From contig CAZBFO010000002.1 in assembly GCA_964491475.1 (NCBI GenBank), positions 16,501 to 80,500 on the forward strand: a stretch of 64,000 nucleotides of DNA, in the 5' to 3' direction. Below the pieces are notes generated by a model that ran no database searches, was not told where the DNA came from, and was given only the letters and a program-made list of their open reading frames with translations. Position numbers and translations under genes: made by a program. Of this stretch, positions 56,054 through 64,000 are shown one piece after another (the first letter of the stretch is position 1; each line of letters opens with the position of its first letter). This DNA is from an uncultured Gammaproteobacteria bacterium. GTDB taxonomy: Bacteria; Patescibacteriota; Patescibacteriia; SG8-24.

Positions 56054-56146
56054 GCGATAACGGCACGTTTTTGAGGGGTCATCGCGACCCTTCTTTTTAT
56101 TCCTGCAATTAAGAAAAGGCTCCCTCGCGGGGAGCCTGGTCGTCGC

Positions 56147-56935
56147 TTACTTCGTCATTATTCCGTACACCCGCGCCGCATTCCCGCCCATCACCAGCTC
56201 GGTTTTTACGCTGGCTCCGCGGAGCGCTTCCTCCGTTGCCCAGACGTACGGCGCCTGATTGGCGATGGGCCAGTCGGTGCCGAAGAGCAGCTTTTCCGGG
56301 TTCTCCACGTACTCCAGGAACTGCCGCACGTTGGCGATGTACTTTTTGCGCGTGCTCCGCTCGAAGTCGCCGCAGATGAGGCCCGAACAGTCGGCGTAGA
56401 CGTTAGGGTTCTTGTAGCAGACCTCGGCACCATCGGTAAGCCAGGGGTTTCCCATGTGCGCCATGACGATGGTCAGCTTGGGCATGTCCACGGCCAGCTC
56501 GTCGAGGCCCAGCGGATGGGCGTACTTGAGCTTGGCACCGCCGACCTTGCCGTAGCAATCTCCCGTATGGAAGATGGCAGGCACGCCGTACTGGGCGAGC
56601 AGCTCCAGGTACGGGCGCACCACTGCGTCGGTGGGGTAGAAGTGCTCGTAGCCGAGGTAGAACTTCACGGCCGCGAGCTTCTTTTCGCGGAGCATCTCCT
56701 CTAGCGTCGTGGCGGTCTCCTGCAGCTCTTCGAGAGGGGAGATGACGCCGACGGGGAGCAGCCGGTCGCGGTGCGGAGCGATTTCGTCGAGCAGCGTCTG
56801 GGTGGGACAGGCGTTCACGTGGCCGGCAAAGACCAGCGATGTGGTCACACCGGACTCGTCCATGGACTGAATCAAATCGGCCGGACCGGCGACGATAATC
56901 TTGTGTCCAATGTGGGTGTGCGCGTCGATGATCAT
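56147..56935 (-). CDS. amidohydrolase-2 family metal-dependent hydrolase (TIM barrel)
   Basis: N-terminal ..IIDAHTHIGH.. and C-terminal ..LLFGTDWP.. are typical of PF04909. Start at the internal ATG. Confidence 0.6.
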   Translation of the reverse strand: MIIDAHTHIGHKIIVAGPADLIQSMDESGVTTSLVFAGHVNACPTQTLLDEIAPHRDRLLPVGVISPLEELQETATTLEEMLREKKLAAVKFYLGYEHFYPTDAVVRPYLELLAQYGVPAIFHTGDCYGKVGGAKLKYAHPLGLDELAVDMPKLTIVMAHMGNPWLTDGAEVCYKNPNVYADCSGLICGDFERSTRKKYIANVRQFLEYVENPEKLLFGTDWPIANQAPYVWATEEALRGASVKTELVMGGNAARVYGIMTK

Positions 56936-57068
56936 CACTTCCTCCAATCGTGCAAGCATTGCACGTTCAGGAGTCTGCGCTGATGCGACTGAGGCGTCAA
57001 TAGTTTTGCCTACGTCGCTAAAATAAAAAGGCCCGTCAAGATCGGGCCTCAATTCGATCGCCAGTCGT

Positions 57069-57584
57069 TCAGCAAGGACAGCAGAATTCTTCGATGAAAC
57101 TCCGTTCCGTCATGAGTAAGGCTCCCGGCCTTTCCTTCAGGTCTACTTCATGCTCACGAAGTATTCTCAACCTGTCTTTCAGCGTTTCGCTCGTGAAAGT
57201 GAAGATGGACGGATGTTCGGCGGCCTGCCAGTCCAGCTGGCGTATGATGCCAAAGATGATGGCCACTTCCTCCTTTTGCTTGCCCAGGATCTGCGGGTAA
57301 CGCAGAAGCAGTTCAATCACTCCCGACGAAGTTTGCTGTAGCCTCAAGAGATACTCTAATTTTTCCGCGGCAGTCCCCACCTTATAGCTGAGGATCCTCG
57401 GGTAGCTCACCGTCAGAGTTATGATCTGTGCTCTGGTGAAGCCGAACGATTCAAGTTGTCCGAGTACGGCCTCTGCTTCTGCCGGTCGAGCGCTGAAAAT
57501 GCGCTCGGATTTTGCCCAATGCTGTATCTGCGCATCGCTGAAGCCCCAGCGTCTGAGTCGATCTTCCAAACTGGTACACGACAT
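57069..57584 (-). CDS. hypothetical protein with mTERF-like helical repeats
   Basis: Three ~30-aa repeats of the form L..[WF]GF[ST]..QI......P.IL. ATG at 57584 with a GGAGAAA RBS. Confidence 0.4.
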   Translation of the reverse strand: MSCTSLEDRLRRWGFSDAQIQHWAKSERIFSARPAEAEAVLGQLESFGFTRAQIITLTVSYPRILSYKVGTAAEKLEYLLRLQQTSSGVIELLLRYPQILGKQKEEVAIIFGIIRQLDWQAAEHPSIFTFTSETLKDRLRILREHEVDLKERPGALLMTERSFIEEFCCPC

Positions 57585-57838
57585 CCTGTTTCTCCTGGTC
57601 GTCCGCAGGTCAATGCGAAGGCTGCGGTCGACAGGAGAAGATATCAGCAATTCGTCATTTGGTCAACGGCTGGAGGGTGGTGCTAGAGGAGTGGCCTATT
57701 GGCCCATTTTTTAAGCCAAAAACTGAATAATGGCTCAATATAGCCAAATAATACTAACGCCATGAGCCAGTCACCATTGACAAAAAGCCCATTTCGTGAT
57801 ACGAATAACGGTTCGACTTATTGTCCAGAACACCCCTT

Positions 57839-59572
57839 ATGAACAAACTCACTACAACCATCGCAAAAATCACGGCTGTTGCGACTTTGCTCTCGCTGTT
57901 CTCGACGGTGAGTCCCGCGGTCGCCGCCGAAGCTAATCCGGCCCTCGTGACTTTTGATCCGTGGGAAGTGGCCACGCTCTCGCGTGACACCGCCGACTCG
58001 CAGATCGAAGCCTACAAGGTCGACAAGAACCTTGTGGCTTGGACCGAACTTTCGGGCAGCACCCGCAAGCTGTACGCCTTCGACGGTGCGCAGACCCGTC
58101 TTCTGGCCGCCTTCGACAAGGCCGACTGGAAGGACGACGGCGCCGGTTTCTACGACTCTATCAAGGGCAACTTCGATGTTGCCGACGGCATCGTCACCTG
58201 GACCATGTCGGACGGTCATGATCGCGAAATCTATTCCTTCGACGGCGACGCCGTGAAGAAGGTTTCCGACAACAGCTACGACGACCGCCATCCGATCACC
58301 TCGGCAGGTCGCGTCGCCTGGACCAGCCAGCCCGGCGAGACTGCCTACAACCTCATGGTCAAGGACCGCTACGGCATCCGCCGCGTGGACGCCTGGCCGG
58401 TGACCAACTACGCCTTCTCGGGATCCAGCCTGTTCTGGCTCAACGTCCGCCCCAACGAAAACTGGATGCACGTGCTGGTGAACACCGGCCTCGTGAACAG
58501 CGTCGTCGGCCAGGCCGATGACCGCCCGCTCACCAAGTACTTCATTGCCGACGGCAAGGGCAACGTCGCCTGGGAGTACTCCACCAAGAACTGGGCCTAC
58601 GACAAGCGCATCACCTACGTTTCCGTGAACGGCGCCCCTGCGATCGAGATGATCCAGCGCGACGTCCCTCCGATGGTTACCCGTCTGGAGGACATGGACA
58701 ACGGCAAGGTCATGATGAACGTCAACGACCTCCTGCTCACCGACCTGCAGCACAAGGACGTGCTGCTCGAGGTGACCAACTACTACATGCAGAAGGCCAT
58801 CTGGCGCAAGGAATCGATGGGCAAGGTGCGCTACATGGACGGCGGCTACGTCTCCATGCGCGAGCCGAACGCCATCACTCCCATCATGTTCCACTCGACC
58901 GACAGCGGTTTCGAGGACCTCATCACCTACGATCCGGTCATCCTCGACCGCTTCGATGCTGACGGCTCTGCCGCGGCCGGAGCACGCCTCGGCGGCGGCC
59001 TGGTGACGCGCATCGACGGCAAGTCCGTCGTGATTCCCTCGACCGTCGAGACCGCCGATCTGACCGTGAAGAACGGCAACATCGCCTGGATCGAAGGCGT
59101 TGCCGGCAAGCAGGCGCTCAAGTTCGCCACCACCAAGGTCACCGTGAAGACGGCGGCCGGTCCGGTCCGCTACACTGGTCATCTCGTGAAGTCGGCAGCC
59201 GGTCCCACGGTGTACTTCGCGGCCATGGACGGCAAGCGCTACGTGTTCTCGGGCGAAGGCCAGTTCTACAGCTACTTCCCCGACTTCAACTCGGTGCAGA
59301 CGCTGTCGGCGGCCAAGCTCGCGTCCATGCCGGTCGGAGGCGTCGTCCTCTACCAGCCGGGCACCAAGCTGCTCAAGACCGCATCGTCCCCCAAGATCTA
59401 CTCGATTGCCAAGGACGGTTCGATCCACTGGGTGCTGAATGAGGAAACTCTCCAGGCCGTCTACGGTCTGAACTGGAAGGCCAAGATCGCGATTGTCGAT
59501 GAGACCGAGCTCGCTTCGTACACGATGAGCGGTCCCATCTCCAGCAATCTTGCCTATCTCTCTGCGCTGTAA
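57839..59572 (+). CDS. secreted hypothetical protein
   Basis: Signal peptide (..AVATLLSLFSTVSPAVAAEA). The opposite-strand ORF 57818..59635 is R/G-rich antisense noise. Confidence 0.55.
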   Translation: MNKLTTTIAKITAVATLLSLFSTVSPAVAAEANPALVTFDPWEVATLSRDTADSQIEAYKVDKNLVAWTELSGSTRKLYAFDGAQTRLLAAFDKADWKDDGAGFYDSIKGNFDVADGIVTWTMSDGHDREIYSFDGDAVKKVSDNSYDDRHPITSAGRVAWTSQPGETAYNLMVKDRYGIRRVDAWPVTNYAFSGSSLFWLNVRPNENWMHVLVNTGLVNSVVGQADDRPLTKYFIADGKGNVAWEYSTKNWAYDKRITYVSVNGAPAIEMIQRDVPPMVTRLEDMDNGKVMMNVNDLLLTDLQHKDVLLEVTNYYMQKAIWRKESMGKVRYMDGGYVSMREPNAITPIMFHSTDSGFEDLITYDPVILDRFDADGSAAAGARLGGGLVTRIDGKSVVIPSTVETADLTVKNGNIAWIEGVAGKQALKFATTKVTVKTAAGPVRYTGHLVKSAAGPTVYFAAMDGKRYVFSGEGQFYSYFPDFNSVQTLSAAKLASMPVGGVVLYQPGTKLLKTASSPKIYSIAKDGSIHWVLNEETLQAVYGLNWKAKIAIVDETELASYTMSGPISSNLAYLSAL

Positions 59573-59590
59573 TCCAAAACCAAGACACCA

Positions 59591-59620
59591 AAAAACCGCC
59601 CCCTCGGGGGCGGTTTTGCT
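59591..59620. terminator. bidirectional intrinsic terminator
   Basis: A-tract, then CCGCCCCC-TCG-GGGGGCGG, then a TTTTG tract. Confidence 0.7.
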
Positions 59621-59624
59621 TTGC

Positions 59625-60026
59625 CTACTTAGCAACGGCCTTTTCGACCAGCTTCTTCTTGTGGGTGCGGAGGTAGTAGAGCTTGGCGCGGGAAACGGCG
59701 TACTGCTTCACGGCTTCGATCTTGGCGACCACGGGGGACATGACCGGGAAGATGCGCTCGACGCCGACGCCGCTGGCGATCTTGCGGACGGTGATGGTGC
59801 GGCTGGTGGCATCCTTGCCCTTCACGGCGATCACGGTGCCCTCGAAGACCTGAATGCGGTCGCGCTCTTCGCCCTTGGTGTTGGTCTCCTTGATCTTCTG
59901 GTGGACGCGGACGACCATGCCAGGTTCGATTTCGGTGGACTTCACGGCGACGACCTCTACTTCCGCCGCAGGGGTCGAGGCGGTGTTTTCGGCTTCGTTG
60001 ACTTCATTTTTAGCTTCTTCGGCCAT
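59625..60026 (-). CDS. rplS: 50S ribosomal protein L19
   Basis: Core ..[16 protein letters not shown]...[30 protein letters not shown] matches L19. The N-terminal extension and start are uncertain, because the ORF as drawn overlaps the cmk 3' end by 70 nt. Confidence 0.75.
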   Translation of the reverse strand: MAEEAKNEVNEAENTASTPAAEVEVVAVKSTEIEPGMVVRVHQKIKETNTKGEERDRIQVFEGTVIAVKGKDATSRTITVRKIASGVGVERIFPVMSPVVAKIEAVKQYAVSRAKLYYLRTHKKKLVEKAVAK

Positions 60027-60553
60027 AGGCGGTTTAATGCTTTGACTAAACGAGAGACGACTTCCTCTACGGTGAGGTTGTCTGTTTGAACGACGATATC
60101 ATAGACGGTCAGGTCATTTAAGTCAAGCCCGTAGGTCCGTTTATAGCGATGGCGGTTGTCGCGGTCCCTTTTGGTGATTTGGGACAGGGACCGGCGGTAG
60201 GGGGTACCTTCCCTTTTGGATACTCGGCTGGCACGGGTTTGCGCGGAGGCGGCTATCCAAATACGAGTGGCCTCGAGGCCTTCTTTGGCGGTCATCAGAC
60301 CGGCCAGGCGGCCCTGCATGATGATGTCGCCGGCTTTTTTGGCCTTGCGGAGCATGGCGGCGTCCAGCTTGCGGTCGATCTCCGGGTGCTTTTCGACGTA
60401 GGGGCCGAAGGCTACCACGTCCATGCGGTGCTGCTTGGCCATGCGGCGGAAAATCTGCCCGACATCCACCGTGGGCACGCCGATTTTTTCGGACAGCCCT
60501 TTGGCGGCGCTGGATTTCCCTGAACCCGACAGACCGGAGATGGTGATCAGCAT
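59957..60553 (-). CDS. cmk: cytidylate kinase
   Basis: P-loop [13 protein letters not shown] and CMP-kinase pattern. Confidence 0.8.
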   Translation of the reverse strand: MLITISGLSGSGKSSAAKGLSEKIGVPTVDVGQIFRRMAKQHRMDVVAFGPYVEKHPEIDRKLDAAMLRKAKKAGDIIMQGRLAGLMTAKEGLEATRIWIAASAQTRASRVSKREGTPYRRSLSQITKRDRDNRHRYKRTYGLDLNDLTVYDIVVQTDNLTVEEVVSRLVKALNRLWPKKLKMKSTKPKTPPRPLRRK

Positions 60554-60559
60554 AGACCG

Positions 60560-61525
60560 TTATTTCCCTGCTCGCTTTAGAATGTCTTCCAGCTCTTTAG
60601 GCAGCGGTGCCGAGAAGGACAGTTCCTTGTCGGTCGCCGGATGGTGGAAGGCGAGGGCTTTGGCGTGAAGGAAAAGGCGCGAGGCGTTCATGCGGCCGAC
60701 CCTGTTGGCGCCGTACAGCGGATCGCCCACGACCGGGGTGCCGAGAGCGTGGAAGTGCGCGCGGATTTGGTGCGTGCGGCCGGTTTCGGTGCGGACCGTC
60801 AGGTAGGTGGTCTTGGGAAACTTTTCCTCGATGCGGTAGTGGGTGATGGCCGTGCGGTCGCCGGGAGCAACCTCCATGTCGCCGCTGATCTTGTTGAACT
60901 TCACGGGGCGCGCGGCCATCTTGCCGCCGGAAGCGGAGCGCCCGATGGGCATTTTGACGGTGCCGGCGTCCGCCGGGGGATAGCCGTCTATGAGCACGGC
61001 GTATTCCTTTTTGACCACATGCGCTTGGAACTGCGCCTTCAGGTTCTCGAATGCCGCCTTGGTGCGCGCCACGACCAGCAGGCCGGAAGCCTCGCGGTCC
61101 AAGCGGTGCACGATGCCGGGGCGATCAGGATCGTCGCCGACTTTGGCGATTTCCGGATAGCGGGCGATGAGCGCGTTGGCCAGCGTTTCGGACTCGCCGG
61201 GTATGGCGGGGTGCACGATCAGGCCGGACGGCTTGTTGACTACCACGATGTCCTTGTCTTCGTAGACGACAGCAAGGCCGATGTCCGGGCGGGGAACGAG
61301 GTTCTCGCTCACGACTGCGGTGGCTTCGGCATCGTCCTTGATGTCGATGACGTCCTTTTCTGCCAGCGCCAGGTGCGGCGTCACCGTTTTGCCGTTGACC
61401 GTGACCAGTTCCGACTTGATCCACTTCTGTATGCGGCTGCGCGAAACTTCCGGCAGCTTTGCCGTCAGCCAGGAGTCGAGACGCTGCCCCGCGTCTTTTG
61501 CGGTGACTTTGAATTTCTTTTTCAT
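60560..61525 (-). CDS. rluD: RluA-family 23S rRNA pseudouridine synthase (RluD-like) with N-terminal S4 domain
   Basis: S4-like N-terminus. Catalytic HRLDREASG motif. Start at the internal ATG (MKKKFKV), because the longer ORF runs through the tRNA gene. Confidence 0.8.
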   Translation of the reverse strand: MKKKFKVTAKDAGQRLDSWLTAKLPEVSRSRIQKWIKSELVTVNGKTVTPHLALAEKDVIDIKDDAEATAVVSENLVPRPDIGLAVVYEDKDIVVVNKPSGLIVHPAIPGESETLANALIARYPEIAKVGDDPDRPGIVHRLDREASGLLVVARTKAAFENLKAQFQAHVVKKEYAVLIDGYPPADAGTVKMPIGRSASGGKMAARPVKFNKISGDMEVAPGDRTAITHYRIEEKFPKTTYLTVRTETGRTHQIRAHFHALGTPVVGDPLYGANRVGRMNASRLFLHAKALAFHHPATDKELSFSAPLPKELEDILKRAGK

Positions 61526-61554
61526 GCGATGCGTTTTTGCGATTGAAAGCGTGG

Positions 61555-61630
61555 TGGTCGGCCCGCTGGGACTCGAACCCAGAACCGCCGAGATATAAGC
61601 TCGGTGCACTAACCATTGTGCTACGGGCCG
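61555..61630 (-). tRNA. tRNA-Ile (anticodon UAU)
   Basis: Manual fold. Acceptor CGGCCCG/CGGGCCG, U8A9, D-arm GCAC-AATGGTTA-GTGC, anticodon stem CCGAG/CTCGG with loop CUUAUAU (U33, anticodon UAU, A37), T-arm CTGGG-TTCGAGT-CCCAG, discriminator A, CCA encoded. Confidence 0.7.
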
Positions 61631-61749
61631 GTGCGGTTGTGAGCCAAACTTAGCACTAAAACGATGCTCTTGGGAAGGGGCTCGGGGGGTTGACTTTTTG
61701 GCTCTGTTTTGATAAGGAATCAAGGTGCGAGCAGCACAGAGGAGATCAC

Positions 61750-62655
61750 ATGGACTTCGGGACTATCATCAATATTCTCTTCTTCGCTTTCGTCATCGGA
61801 AGCATCGTCGCCAAGGCAGTAAAGGCAGCGAAGAAAGCCAAGGCGGACCGTAAGGGCATACCCGTGGTGTCGCTGGAAGGCGGATTCGCCACCAGCAGCG
61901 ATCCCAACAGCACCTTCCGTCGGCTCATGGACGATCTGGCCAAGATCGAGGCGCTCAAGCCCAAGGTCATGGTCCTGAAGGTAAACAGCCCGGGCAGCAC
62001 CGTCGGTGCCGCCTACGAGGTGTACACCAAGCTGAACGAGCTGCGGACCAGCGGCACGAAGGTCGTGGCGCTGATGCAGGACGTGGCGGCCAGCGGGGGC
62101 GTATACGTGTCGATGGCCTCGGACTACGTCGTCGCCGGCCCCTCGACCCTCACGGGTTCGATCGGCGTCATCATGCAGGGCTACGACCTGTCCGAGCTGC
62201 TGCCGGAGTTCAAGATCAAGACGCGAGTCATCAAGTCCGGTGAGATGAAGGACATCGGATCGCAGACGCGCCCGATGACCGAGGCGGAGACGGAAGTGCT
62301 AAGGAGCATGATCATCGACGATTGGCAGCAGTTCTGCCACGTCGTCGCCGCCGGACGGAAGATGGACGTGAACAAGGTCGCCGCGTTCTCCGACGGTCGC
62401 GTGTTCAACGGCCGGTATGCCCATTACCTGGGCCTGGTGGACGAGCTCGGAGGATTGAGTGCCGCGCTGAAGGCGGCCGGCCGTTTGGCAGAGATGCCGG
62501 AGGCCGACTGCAAGCCCGTCATCTTCGAAAAGAAGATGGACTTCGCCATGAACCTGCGCAAGCTCTTGCCCGGCACGCGGCTGGAAGAGCGCCTGACCGC
62601 GCTGGTGCCGGATTCGGCCTTTCAGGGCGTGCCGCTCTACATGATGCAGAGGTAG
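61750..62655 (+). CDS. sppA: signal peptide peptidase SppA (36K type, S49 family)
   Basis: GAGGAG RBS. N-terminal TM helix. S49 pattern (..MQDVAASGGVYVSMASD..). Confidence 0.75.
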   Translation: MDFGTIINILFFAFVIGSIVAKAVKAAKKAKADRKGIPVVSLEGGFATSSDPNSTFRRLMDDLAKIEALKPKVMVLKVNSPGSTVGAAYEVYTKLNELRTSGTKVVALMQDVAASGGVYVSMASDYVVAGPSTLTGSIGVIMQGYDLSELLPEFKIKTRVIKSGEMKDIGSQTRPMTEAETEVLRSMIIDDWQQFCHVVAAGRKMDVNKVAAFSDGRVFNGRYAHYLGLVDELGGLSAALKAAGRLAEMPEADCKPVIFEKKMDFAMNLRKLLPGTRLEERLTALVPDSAFQGVPLYMMQR

Positions 62656-62664
62656 GTCGTTCTG

Positions 62665-62691
62665 ACGGCGGGTATCACCCGCCGTTTTTTC
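62665..62691 (+). terminator. intrinsic terminator after sppA
   Basis: ACGGCGGGT-ATC-ACCCGCCGT followed by TTTTTT. Confidence 0.75.
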
Positions 62692-62732
62692 ATGCGTACA
62701 AAAAAGATGTCCAAGCGGACACCTTTCCTTTT

Positions 62733-64000
62733 TTACGGATACAGCTCGTCGATGCGTTGCTGATGCGCGGCAATGACTTTGCCGCGTTTCACCTTGAGCG
62801 TCGGCGTGAGCTGGCCGTTCTCCTGGGTGAAATCGTCCGCGATGAGCGCGAACCGTTTCACCTTTTCATACCCCTTCCAGCCTGCCGACAGCCTCTCGAT
62901 TTCGGCACGGTAGGCGTCGTGGACGCGCGTGTCACAGATAAGGGTGTCGATGGGATGGCCGGGTATCGCCGGCTGGTCGCCGTGCAACAGGCGCTTCACC
63001 GCGTCCGGATCGACCACGATGAGCGCGACGTTGTACGGCTTGTTCAGCCCGTACAGCAGCACGTTCTTCATCAGCGGCGACCGGCGGAGGTCATCCTCGA
63101 GCGGGGCGGGAGCCACGAACTTGCCGTTCTCCAGCTTGTACTGCTCGCTGATCCTGCCGTTGATGTGCAGGAAGCCTGCTTGGTCGATGAAGCCTTGGTC
63201 GCCCGTTCGCAGCTCGCGGCGGCCGTCACGGCTGCCGATGGCCTTGGCGGTTTCGGCAGGCAGGTTGTAGTACCCCTGCATGACGTTGGGACCGCTGACG
63301 CAGATTTCTCCCGAATGGATGTCGTCGCTGGCGGACTTGTCGATGAAGACGCTGACGCCTTCCACGACCTTGCCGCCCGTGCCCAGTTTGCGGTTGCCCG
63401 GGGAGTTGACGCTCACGATGGGGCTGGTCTCGGTCATGCCGTAGCCCTCGTAGACCGGAATGCCCAGCGTGTCGATGAACTCGCCGACCTCCCTGGGAAG
63501 CGCGGCACCGCCGCAGACGGCCAGCCGAAGCCTTCCGCCGAAGCGCTTGCTCGCCTTGGAGAAAATCAGCAGCCCCGCAAGCCAGAGCATGATTGCGCCG
63601 ATGATGCCGACCACGGCCCCGTCACGGCGACGTTCCGCGGCCTTGAGCCCCATGCGGAACAGCGCCCGCACCAGGAACGACTTGCTCGCCACTTGCGACT
63701 GCACCGCCGCGTACACCTTGGTGAAGATGCTCGGCACCGTGAACAGCACGGTGGGGGAGACCTCGGCCAGGTTGCCGATGATCCTCTCCACGCCCTCGCA
63801 AATGGCGATGGCCCCGCCGACGCTCAACATGCCCTGCAGCTCTGCCGTGTGACCGAAGACATGGGCCCAAGGCAGGAACGACAGGCTGCGGTCGTTGGCG
63901 TTGACGATGCCCAAGTGGTGAACAGCCCCGATGTTCGAGGCGATGTTTCCGTGCGAGAGCATCACGCCCTTCGGGTTCCCGGTAGTTCCCGAGGTGTAGA
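62733..64000 (-). CDS. fadD: long-chain fatty-acid--CoA ligase (AMP-binding), 5'-truncated by window end
   Basis: AMP-binding signature TSGTTGNPKGVMLSHGN spans the window edge. Downstream adenylation motifs (YGMTETS, ..GEICVSG.., ..TGD..). The reading frame is open to position 64000. Confidence 0.7.
   Translation of the reverse strand, partial: YTSGTTGNPKGVMLSHGNIASNIGAVHHLGIVNANDRSLSFLPWAHVFGHTAELQGMLSVGGAIAICEGVERIIGNLAEVSPTVLFTVPSIFTKVYAAVQSQVASKSFLVRALFRMGLKAAERRRDGAVVGIIGAIMLWLAGLLIFSKASKRFGGRLRLAVCGGAALPREVGEFIDTLGIPVYEGYGMTETSPIVSVNSPGNRKLGTGGKVVEGVSVFIDKSASDDIHSGEICVSGPNVMQGYYNLPAETAKAIGSRDGRRELRTGDQGFIDQAGFLHINGRISEQYKLENGKFVAPAPLEDDLRRSPLMKNVLLYGLNKPYNVALIVVDPDAVKRLLHGDQPAIPGHPIDTLICDTRVHDAYRAEIERLSAGWKGYEKVKRFALIADDFTQENGQLTPTLKVKRGKVIAAHQQRIDELYP

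Noticed and set aside
59957-60026. 70-nt overlap between the cmk 3' end and the annotated rplS 5' end
   Set aside because: It is probably an over-extended rplS start, because the L19 core begins about 20 aa downstream. I reported rplS with an uncertain start rather than proposing a real long overlap.

Overview
This is a GC-rich bacterial chromosomal window (roughly 60% GC by eye, with two short low-GC islands) that is densely coding on both strands. The gene content fits a small-genome Patescibacteria/CPR-like or monoderm-like organism, but that placement is an inference from DUF4012, FemAB, prepilin, RNase J, giant secreted repeat proteins and glycosyltransferase clusters. The housekeeping genes I recognise are ileS, ruvA, hflX, glmS, rnhB, trpS, rnj, secG, uvrA, rplS, cmk, rluD, sppA, rpe, rpiB and fadD. 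I found three tRNAs, which are Arg-CCG, Leu-CAG and an unusual Ile-UAU, and a clear RNase P RNA (rnpB). Many Rho-independent terminators sit between convergent genes. The most interesting items are listed below.

- (i) A Ro60/TROVE (Rsr) orthologue sits next to a roughly 1.5-kb ORF-free, hairpin-dense region. That region holds two covarying copies of a two-hairpin RNA motif, one with a GGUCCGA stem, so it is a candidate Y-RNA-like or other structured-RNA locus.
- (ii) The IleS has a complete histidine-phosphatase (RHG...SHG) domain inserted between its zinc knuckle and the HRPFID motif. The same genome also carries tRNA-Ile(UAU).
- (iii) Two tandem giant secreted paralogues share a signal peptide and a roughly 300-aa C-terminal domain but carry different propeller-type cores, one YVTN/NHL-like and one RCC1. 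A decayed third C-terminal fragment lies upstream.
- (iv) A DsbA-like oxidoreductase is translationally coupled to a membrane-anchored protein with dozens of cysteines.
- (v) A low-GC island carries a HigB/HigA-like toxin-antitoxin pair.
- (vi) A 38-bp perfect inverted repeat encloses two opposed terminator hairpins.

All calls rest on reading the sequence and ORF translations by eye. No database searches were run.
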